Assembly (NCBI GenBank): GCA_020148025.1
Contig: JAHCRH010000001.1
Location: forward strand, 12,652-76,651
Source of the DNA: Patescibacteria group bacterium
Lineage (GTDB): Bacteria; Patescibacteriota; Minisyncoccia; Minisyncoccales; JAHCRE01
Length of the DNA: 64,000 nucleotides
Direction of reading: 5' to 3'
This document shows, piece after piece, positions 56,926-64,000 of this stretch. Under the pieces are notes generated by a model. That model did no database searches, was not told where the DNA came from, and saw only the letters and a list, made by a program, of their open reading frames with translations. Made by a program: the position numbers and the translations under genes. The first letter of the stretch is position 1, and the number at the start of each line of letters is the position of its first letter.

Positions 56926-58707
56926 ATGATTTCTAAAGACTTGCGAAAAAATTTTTTAGATTTTTTTGAAAAAAGAGGACACAAAATTGTGGCCTCCGGT
57001 TCGCTTTTACCGTCTGACCCTACTGTTTTGTTTACTACCGCTGGCATGCAGCAGTTTACTTTATATTTGGCAGGGGGAAGAGATCCTATCGAGAGGTTTG
57101 GAACAAGACACTTGGCTTCTTGTCAGAAATGTTTTAGGACCGATGACATAGATAAAGTAGGTGACGATATCCATCACACCTTTTTTGAAATGTTGGGAAA
57201 TTGGTCAATTGGTCAAGACCAAGAAAAAGGTTATTTTAAAAAAAGAATGATTAAATACGCCTTAGAATTTTTGGTTGGTGTTTTAAATATAGATAAAAAT
57301 AGAATTTGGGTAACTATTTTTAAAGGAGAAAAAAACATACCAAAAGATGAAAGGTCAAAAAAAATTTGGCAGGAAAACGGAGTTTTGAGAGAAAGAATAG
57401 GAGAATTTGGTATAGAGGAAAATTTCTGGGGACCGGTTGGGAAAACAGGTCCCTGCGGTCCTACTTCAGAAGTTTTTTATGATAGGGGAAAAGAATTTGG
57501 TTGCAAAAATCCTGACTGTGGTCCAAATTGCCATCATTGTCAACGTTTTGTAGAAATTTGGAATTTGGTTTTTATGGAATATATCAAAGATGAAGATGGA
57601 AATTGTCGACTTTTGTCTCAAAAGAACATAGATACTGGAATTGGATTTGAAAGATTGGTCGCCATTTTACAAAAAAAACCCTCAGCTTATGAAACTGATC
57701 TTTTCTTGCCAATCATTCAAGAATTGGGAAAAATTTCCTTTAAAAAATACGAAGAAGAAAAAAGAAACTTCAGAATTTTAGCCGATCATATTAGAGGAAC
57801 AGTTTTTTTGATTGCAGAAGGAATTTTCCCTTCAAATGTGGAGAGGGGATATGTTTTGCGAAGAATTTTAAGAAGAGCAATCAGATTCGGAAGGTTATTA
57901 AATCTACCTAAAAACTTTCTAATTCCCTTGGCTCAAAAAGTTATTGAAATTTACGAAGACACTTACCCTGAAGTGAAATCTAAAGAGACAGATATTTTAA
58001 CAATTTTACAAAATGAAGAAGAGAAATTTGAAAAAACCTTAGAAAAAGGTTTAAAACAATTTGAAAAGATTTCAGCTAAAGGAGATATCTCAGGAATTGA
58101 TGCCTTTCATCTCTTTGATACCTATGGGTTTCCTTTAGAATTGACTCAAGAATTAGCAAAAGAAAGAAAATTGGAAATTGATATTGAAGGATTTAAAGAA
58201 GCCTTTGAAGAACATCGGGAAATTTCTCGGGCAGGAGCAGAGAAAAAATTTGGAGGTGTAGGAAAGGAGGCAAGTTTCGAAGCTACTAAACTTCATACCG
58301 CAACTCATTTACTCCACACTGCCTTAAAAAAAATTTTAGGTCCCCATATTAGACAAATGGGTTCAGATATTACCTCCAAAAGACTTCGGTTTGATTTTTC
58401 CCATCCCCAAAAAATGACAGCTGAAGAGATTAAAAAAATTGAAGACTTGGTTAATCAAAAGATAAAAGAAGATTTAGTAGTTAAAAAAGAGGAGATGCGA
58501 TATGAAGAGGCGATAAAATCAGGCGCTTTAGCTTTTTTTAAGGAAAAGTACCCTGAAATTGTTAAAGTTTATTCAATTGGTAACTTTTCAAAAGAAATTT
58601 GTGCTGGCCCTCATATCAATAGAACTTCAGAACTTGGTAAATTTAAAATCGTTAAAGAAGAGTCATCTGGTGCGGGAATCAGAAGAATAAAAGCTATTTT
58701 AGAATAA
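56926..58707 (+). CDS. alaS: Alanine--tRNA ligase (short form, no C-Ala domain)
   Basis: LFTTAGMQ, HHTFFEMLGN, DTG.GFERL, HTATHLL, EICAGPH, GAGIRRIKA. Confidence 0.96.
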   Translation: MISKDLRKNFLDFFEKRGHKIVASGSLLPSDPTVLFTTAGMQQFTLYLAGGRDPIERFGTRHLASCQKCFRTDDIDKVGDDIHHTFFEMLGNWSIGQDQEKGYFKKRMIKYALEFLVGVLNIDKNRIWVTIFKGEKNIPKDERSKKIWQENGVLRERIGEFGIEENFWGPVGKTGPCGPTSEVFYDRGKEFGCKNPDCGPNCHHCQRFVEIWNLVFMEYIKDEDGNCRLLSQKNIDTGIGFERLVAILQKKPSAYETDLFLPIIQELGKISFKKYEEEKRNFRILADHIRGTVFLIAEGIFPSNVERGYVLRRILRRAIRFGRLLNLPKNFLIPLAQKVIEIYEDTYPEVKSKETDILTILQNEEEKFEKTLEKGLKQFEKISAKGDISGIDAFHLFDTYGFPLELTQELAKERKLEIDIEGFKEAFEEHREISRAGAEKKFGGVGKEASFEATKLHTATHLLHTALKKILGPHIRQMGSDITSKRLRFDFSHPQKMTAEEIKKIEDLVNQKIKEDLVVKKEEMRYEEAIKSGALAFFKEKYPEIVKVYSIGNFSKEICAGPHINRTSELGKFKIVKEESSGAGIRRIKAILE

Positions 58708-58736
58708 AATTTCTATTTTGTGATATAATTAAAAGG

Positions 58737-59933
58737 ATGAAAGTCAAATTTCCTTTTTCGAAAGAAATCAAGCCGGAATATTTTTTAGCCTTAGATGTCG
58801 GGACCGAAGCAGTAAAGGCTTTAATTTTTTCTTCCCCTGCTCGCTCTGGCAAAAGCAGAAAAGAGGAAGGTGAAAAAATCATTGTCCGTGGGGCTTCTAC
58901 TCAATATTTCGAGCAATTTGGAGTTTTCAATACTAAGGGTCTTGGAGAAGAAATTCTCAAAAAAGCAATTTCAAAAGTAATTGAAGAAGTTCAGAAGAAG
59001 GCTCAGATAAAGACAGATGCTCTTTTTCTTGGTTTACCAGCTAATATTTTGAGAGGAAGAGTGGTGTCTCAAAATTTTAGAAGGAAAAATCAAAAAGAAA
59101 TTATTAGCGAGATCGAAAAGAGTCAAATTTATAAAGAGGTTTCAAATTCGGTTAAAGAAAAACTCTCTCAAGAATTCGCTCGAGAAGTAGGCCTCTTACC
59201 CAGAGATTTCTATTTTTCTAATCTAAAAATTCTGGAAATAAAGATTGATGGTTATGAAGTTTCTTCAATTCAGAGATTGAGCGGTAAAAATCTTGATTTT
59301 AAAGTTTTAGCTGTTTTTTTGTCAAGATATTATTTGGAGAAGGTCAAGAAGATTTGCCAAGATTTAGATTTAAAAATTTCTAAAATAATCCATCAGGCTG
59401 AAAATCTGCCCCTTTTTTTTCAAGACAAGAAGATAAATGCTATTTTCCTTGATATTGGCGGAGAATTAACAAAAATTTTTTTGGTGGAAAAGGGAAAACT
59501 AAAGAAAACCTCTGAATTTAAAAAGGGAGGGGTCGATTTTACTCGGAAGCTTTCCCAGATTTTAGGATTAAGTTTCCAAGAGGCAAGAGTTTTAAAACAC
59601 AATTATTCCCAGTTACTTTTGTCAGGAAAAACAAGAAAAAAGGTTAAAGAGATTTTTTCTGCTAATCTTCAAGATTGGTTTAAAAATTTAGAAGAAACTT
59701 TAAAGAAATTCTCCAAGAAATTATTTCCCTCTAATATTTTTCTTTTTGGTGGGGGAAGTCTCTTGCCAGAAATTCCAGAAATTTTAGAAAAAGGTGATTG
59801 GGCTGACTTTCCTTTTGTTTTCAAACCAAAGGTGAGACTTATCTATCCTAACGAGTTAAAGAATATTGAAGATAAAACTCAGGGTCTTAACAGTCCTCAA
59901 GAAATTTCCCTTCTTTTAATTTCTTATGAATAG
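58737..59933 (+). CDS. FtsA-like actin-fold protein (second paralog)
   Basis: LALDVGT..VKA, FLDIGG, LFGGGSLLP. Confidence 0.78.
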   Translation: MKVKFPFSKEIKPEYFLALDVGTEAVKALIFSSPARSGKSRKEEGEKIIVRGASTQYFEQFGVFNTKGLGEEILKKAISKVIEEVQKKAQIKTDALFLGLPANILRGRVVSQNFRRKNQKEIISEIEKSQIYKEVSNSVKEKLSQEFAREVGLLPRDFYFSNLKILEIKIDGYEVSSIQRLSGKNLDFKVLAVFLSRYYLEKVKKICQDLDLKISKIIHQAENLPLFFQDKKINAIFLDIGGELTKIFLVEKGKLKKTSEFKKGGVDFTRKLSQILGLSFQEARVLKHNYSQLLLSGKTRKKVKEIFSANLQDWFKNLEETLKKFSKKLFPSNIFLFGGGSLLPEIPEILEKGDWADFPFVFKPKVRLIYPNELKNIEDKTQGLNSPQEISLLLISYE

Positions 59934-61125
59934 AAAAATTTTTTTTGATATTTTGCCACCCAAAAAATTTGTCCAAAAGAAGATTAAAGAACAGAGAGTA
60001 TCTCGTTTTGGAGTATTTAAAAAAGGTTTGATTTTCGCTTGTTTATCTTTGATTTTACTGGGAATTATCGGCTATTTTGCTTTAGCTAAAGTAGAAATTG
60101 AGATTTGGCCGGAAACTGAGATTTTAAATTTTAATAAAGAGATTACCGCTAGCACTAAGACTTTTCAAGTAAATTTCTTGGAAGGGAGCATACCTGCAAG
60201 AATTTTTGAAATTGAAGAAAGTGCTTCCCAGGAATTTCCCTCTTCTGGCAAAATTGAAAAGAAAGCTGAGGGTACGATTCGAGTTTATAATAATTATCAT
60301 CTCTTAGTAGCTCTAAGGTCAGGAACTCGATTTCAGCCTCCTTTTGAGAAGGTGCTCTATTTTTGTTCACCTCAAAAAATAGTTATTCCGGCTAAAAGTT
60401 ATCTTGATATTAAGATAATTGCCTGTCGTCCTGGTGAAGGTGAAAAATATAATATTGGACCTTCTAAATTTTCTGTTCCCGGACTCAGTGGTACCGATTT
60501 GTTCTTTTATATTCATGGAGAGTCTTTTGAACCAATGACAGGAGGTGGAACAATCTCTCAAGTCACCGAAGATGATTTAGAAAGGGCAAAAAACATTTTA
60601 ACTGAAACGGCATTTACTCGAATAAATGAATCTTTAAAGAGCAAAATTCCAACTGACTTCATCCCGTTGGAGGAAGCAATAAAAGGAGAGATCTTAGAAA
60701 CTTTTCCAGAGGTTGAGCTAGGCGCTGAAGTTCAATCCTTTGAAGTTAAAGTAAAAGTAAAATCTAAAACCCTGGTTTTTAAAAAATCTGATCTCGAGAA
60801 TTTTGCTAAAGAATTTATTTCAGCCCAAATTCCAAAAGATAAGAAACTTCAGACCGAAAGTCTAAAAATTGACTTCCAAGCAGAATCAACCGACCTTGAA
60901 TCAGAAAAAACTGTTTTAAATTTAAAGTTCTCAGCCAAAATTTACTTGGATATTGACTCCTCTTTTCTTAGAGAGAACTTAAAAGGGAAGTCTTTGGAGG
61001 AGACTAAAATTATTTTAGAAAATCAAGCAGACATTATTAAAGCTCAAATAAGTGCTTGGCCATTTTGGGTAAGAAAAATTCCTCAGGATATTGAAAAAAT
61101 CGAATTGAAAATAAATTTGGATTAA
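59926..61125 (+). CDS. Single-TM hypothetical protein (baseplate-J-like beta region)
   Basis: FFDILPP N-terminus, TM helix, KAEGTIRVYN, PGEKYNIGPSKFSVPG, PFWVRKIP. Confidence 0.7.
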   Translation: MNRKIFFDILPPKKFVQKKIKEQRVSRFGVFKKGLIFACLSLILLGIIGYFALAKVEIEIWPETEILNFNKEITASTKTFQVNFLEGSIPARIFEIEESASQEFPSSGKIEKKAEGTIRVYNNYHLLVALRSGTRFQPPFEKVLYFCSPQKIVIPAKSYLDIKIIACRPGEGEKYNIGPSKFSVPGLSGTDLFFYIHGESFEPMTGGGTISQVTEDDLERAKNILTETAFTRINESLKSKIPTDFIPLEEAIKGEILETFPEVELGAEVQSFEVKVKVKSKTLVFKKSDLENFAKEFISAQIPKDKKLQTESLKIDFQAESTDLESEKTVLNLKFSAKIYLDIDSSFLRENLKGKSLEETKIILENQADIIKAQISAWPFWVRKIPQDIEKIELKINLD

Positions 61126-61215
61126 AGCGAGCAAGACGCGCTCCGCAATGGCAGAAGAGATAATTCTTGTTTGATGGGATAAATAAATATTTTTTAGAAC
61201 TTTAATCCAAATTTC

Positions 61216-61450
61216 AGAAAGGGGTCGGGAAAACTAGGTGTTTTCCCGTATAGGAAGACAGGGAGGAGCGAAGCGACGACCGCCAGAAACCGAGAGGTGT
61301 CTGGGGAGCGGAGCGAAGGTCGCCAAGGGCGACCGCTCGAGCGAAGCGCGAGGGAGGAGAGCGACAATATTGATGCTTCGACAGAGGCTCAGCATTAACC
61401 CTGAGGACATTCGGCTGAGCTCAGTCGAAGCCCTTGTCGAATGGGTTGAC
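61216..61450 (+). mobile_element. Family A element (61216-61366) followed by family D element (61370-61450)
   Basis: Matches to 56515 and to 37016/41050 copies; ends in TTGACT-17-TATCTT promoter (61446-61474). Confidence 0.8.
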
Positions 61451-61487
61451 TAAATTATAAATTTTTGCTATCTTAAACAATTACAAG

Positions 61488-61709
61488 ATGAATCCCCAGA
61501 AAAAAATTTTGCGAGAAAAAGGTAAAGTAATAGAGGCTTTACCTAGTACCCATTTTCGTGTCGTCTTAGATGATGGGAAAGAAATAATTGCCCATCTGGC
61601 CGGTAAATTGAGGATTTACCGAATTAAAGTTTTACCGGGAGATCGAGTAACGGTGGAGATTAGTCCTTATGATAAAAAAAGGGGGAGAATTGTTTACAGA
61701 GGAAAATAA
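61488..61709 (+). CDS. infA: Translation initiation factor IF-1
   Basis: EALP..F.V, AHLAGKLR, PGDRV.VE.SPYD..RGRIVYR. Confidence 0.97.
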   Translation: MNPQKKILREKGKVIEALPSTHFRVVLDDGKEIIAHLAGKLRIYRIKVLPGDRVTVEISPYDKKRGRIVYRGK

Positions 61710-61712
61710 AGC

Positions 61713-61826
61713 ATGAAGGTTAGATCATCAGTTAAAAAAATTTGTAAATACTGTAAAATAGTCCGAAGAAAAGGGCGAATTTATGTTATTTGTAAAAACC
61801 CTAAACATAAGCAAAGACAAGGATAA
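61713..61826 (+). CDS. rpmJ: 50S ribosomal protein L36
   Basis: [37 protein letters not shown]; below ORF-track cutoff. Confidence 0.97.
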   Translation: MKVRSSVKKICKYCKIVRRKGRIYVICKNPKHKQRQG

Positions 61827-61831
61827 AAAAT

Positions 61832-62221
61832 ATGCCACGTATTGCCGGAGTTAATATCCCGGAACAAAAACAAATAGAGATTGCTCTAACCTATATTTAT
61901 GGAATAGGTCTTTCTTTGAGTAAGAGGATTTTAGCTGAAGTTGGAATTGAAGGTCGGCGCCGGGCTAAAGATTTGACGCCCGAAGAGATTTCTCGACTTA
62001 AAGGAAATATCGAAAAAAAATATAAAATTGAGGGAGGACTTAAAAGAGAGATAATGATGAATGTTAAAAGATTAAAGGATATAGGAACCTTTCGAGGGAT
62101 TCGTCATATTAAGGGATTACCAGTAAGGGGTCAAAGAACCCGGACTAATACCCGGACGGTCAGAGGAAATGTAAGAAAAACGGTAGGTTCGGGAAGAAAA
62201 CCACCGCCCGCCCCCAAGTAA
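61832..62221 (+). CDS. rpsM: 30S ribosomal protein S13
   Basis: [29 protein letters not shown]. Confidence 0.97.
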   Translation: MPRIAGVNIPEQKQIEIALTYIYGIGLSLSKRILAEVGIEGRRRAKDLTPEEISRLKGNIEKKYKIEGGLKREIMMNVKRLKDIGTFRGIRHIKGLPVRGQRTRTNTRTVRGNVRKTVGSGRKPPPAPK

Positions 62222-62324
62222 AAATCATTTTAACATACTAACATACTAACATCCTAACATCTTAACATATCAAAATACTTTTTTTTGTTTAAATGTTAAA
62301 ATGTTTAAATGTTAAGATGAGATT

Positions 62325-62777
62325 ATGGGTAAAAAAAGAATTATCAAAAAAACTGAAGAAGAGCTTCTAAAAGAAAGAGCAAGAGTCGAGGCGGCTTTAA
62401 AAAAAGAAATTAAAGTTCAGGCTCCTCAAAAAATCAAGGAGGGAAAGGTTTATATTTTTTCTTCTTATAATAATACAATAATGACTTTAACTGGTCCTCA
62501 AGGAAATACTCTTACCTGGGCCAGCGCTGGTAATGTTGGATTTAAGGGAACAAAGAAAGGTACTCCTTTTGCGGCCTCTAAAGTGGCTGAGGTTTTAGTT
62601 CAGCGAGCCAAAAAATTAGGAATAGATAAGGTCGAAATTTTAGTAAAGGGTATAGGTTCTGGTCGAGAATCAGCCATAAGGTCTTTGGCTAATCGGGGTT
62701 TAGATATTATTTCAATTCAGGATGTTACCCCCATTCCTCATAATGGATGTCGACCGCCAAAAGTAAGAAGAGTATAA
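62325..62777 (+). CDS. rpsK: 30S ribosomal protein S11
   Basis: [35 protein letters not shown]. Confidence 0.97.
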   Translation: MGKKRIIKKTEEELLKERARVEAALKKEIKVQAPQKIKEGKVYIFSSYNNTIMTLTGPQGNTLTWASAGNVGFKGTKKGTPFAASKVAEVLVQRAKKLGIDKVEILVKGIGSGRESAIRSLANRGLDIISIQDVTPIPHNGCRPPKVRRV

Positions 62778-62778
62778 T

Positions 62779-63408
62779 ATGCAAAATAAAAAATGCAGAA
62801 TCTGTCGAAGATTGGGTGCAAAACTTTTTTTAAAAGGGGAAAAATGTTTGTCTCCAAAATGTCCAATGGTAAAAAGGCCTTATCCGCCGGGACAGAAAAG
62901 AAAAAGAAGATTAAGGACTCTTTCTGAATATGGGAAGGAATTGAGAGAAAAACAAAAATTAAAAAATTGGTATAATTTGGAGGAGCGTCAATTTAAGAGA
63001 TATGTAGAGCAAGCTTTGGAATCTCGAGGAAAAGCGGAAGATAATGTAACATTTCTGATTAAGAAATTAGAAAGTCGTTTAGATAATGTAATTTTTCGAT
63101 TGGGATTCGCTTCCTCTCGGGCTCAAGCCCGCCAATTAGTTAATCACGGCCATTTTTCAATTGATGGAAAAGCAGTTGATATCCCCAGCTATCAACTAAA
63201 GAAAGGAAATAAAATTACCCTTCACCCAACTTCTCGAGAAAAAAATATTTTCCAAAATCTTCAAACCAAATTAAAAAAATATCAACCTCCTTCTTGGCTT
63301 TCCCTGGACATCAAAACCTTGACAGGGGAAGTTATCGCTTCCCCTTCCTTAGAAGAGGTTGCTCCCCCAGCTGAAATTCCAATCATTTTTGAATTTTATT
63401 CACGATAA
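62779..63408 (+). CDS. rpsD: 30S ribosomal protein S4
   Basis: CRICRR..KLFLKGEKC, LESRLDNV.FR, ARQLVNHGH, EFYSR. Confidence 0.97.
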   Translation: MQNKKCRICRRLGAKLFLKGEKCLSPKCPMVKRPYPPGQKRKRRLRTLSEYGKELREKQKLKNWYNLEERQFKRYVEQALESRGKAEDNVTFLIKKLESRLDNVIFRLGFASSRAQARQLVNHGHFSIDGKAVDIPSYQLKKGNKITLHPTSREKNIFQNLQTKLKKYQPPSWLSLDIKTLTGEVIASPSLEEVAPPAEIPIIFEFYSR

Positions 63409-63422
63409 CAATCAATAAACTT

Positions 63423-64000
63423 ATGATTCCTCTTCCTCTTCCACCTAAAATTATTGAAAAAAAAGGAAATCGAGCTTCCTTTAAGATTGAAGCTTTATAT
63501 CCCGGTTATGGAGTAACTATTGGTAATTCTCTCCGGAGAGTTTTACTTTCTTCTTTATCAGGAGCGGCAGTTACTCAAGTGAAAATTAAAGGCGCTCAAC
63601 ATGAATTTTCAACTATTTCAGGAGCGAGGGAAGATGTAATTTCAATTCTTCTAAACTTGAAGCAATTAAGATTTAAGATTTATACCGATGAATCCCAAAA
63701 GGCAACTCTCAAAATTAAAGGCGAAAAAGAAGTTAAGGGAGCCGATTTCAAATTACCTTCCCAGGTTGAATTGGTAAACAAAAATGTCCCTATTGCTACT
63801 TTAACTAATAAAAATGCTGAGCTTGAAATGGAAATCCAAATTGAAAAAGGAATAGGTTACCTTCCAGTCGAAAGAAGAAAAAAGGGAAAATTGGAAATAG
63901 GGGTAATTGCCTTAGATGCCATTTTTACTCCGGTAAGAAGGGTAGCCTGTCGGGTGGAAAATATGAGAGTGGGGGAGAGGACTGATTTTGACCGATTAAT
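63423..64000 (+). CDS. rpoA: RNA polymerase alpha subunit (partial, runs off the window)
   Basis: LYPGYGVTIGNSLRRVLLSSL, HEFSTI.G.REDV, LDAIFTPV. Confidence 0.96.
   Translation, partial: MIPLPLPPKIIEKKGNRASFKIEALYPGYGVTIGNSLRRVLLSSLSGAAVTQVKIKGAQHEFSTISGAREDVISILLNLKQLRFKIYTDESQKATLKIKGEKEVKGADFKLPSQVELVNKNVPIATLTNKNAELEMEIQIEKGIGYLPVERRKKGKLEIGVIALDAIFTPVRRVACRVENMRVGERTDFDRL

Larger units (their letters stand above)
30558..62315. repeat. Dispersed 7-mer/8-mer tandem-repeat hairpins at gene junctions (span of the family, not one continuous feature)
   Basis: Paired arms at 31826-31890, 32514-32587, 33874-33948, 37166-37260, 38464-38556, 42249-42333, 42873-42937, 44198-44275, 44512-44588, 45181-45258, 46343-46420, 48479-48566, 48995-49075, 62230-62315; unpaired tracts at 30558-30665, 39829-39862, 56824-56852. 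Confidence 0.85.

Overview
AT-rich (code 11) bacterial window whose gene content points to a Patescibacteria/CPR (Parcubacteria-like) genome: no rpmD (L30) between rpsE and rplO, short AlaRS and Mfd, pilin-like genes. It is mostly housekeeping: glyQS, metG, leuS, hisS, alaS, glmS/glmU, a 2-oxoacid:ferredoxin oxidoreductase, topA, dprA, mfd, tuf, the S10-spc-alpha ribosomal cluster and one tRNA-Leu(CAA). The unusual signal is non-coding. (1) At 3391-6745 a tandem array of small gene/RNA cassettes starts at an orphan tRNA-Asn-like 3' fragment and is punctuated by six ~27-bp sites sharing a GTCC-N7-GGAGC core with it. (2) About 15 hairpins built from 7- or 8-mer tandem repeats fill stop-to-start gaps in operons, with single arms also inside genes. 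(3) Several families of GC-rich structured repeats sit between genes, in frame inside essential proteins, and in duplicated, synonymously diverged gene starts (rplN, rplD). (4) Three promoter-driven, ORF-less structured regions are candidate ncRNAs. No integrase, transposase or reverse transcriptase is visible here, so every mobility mechanism proposed is inference. All alignments and pairings were read by eye.
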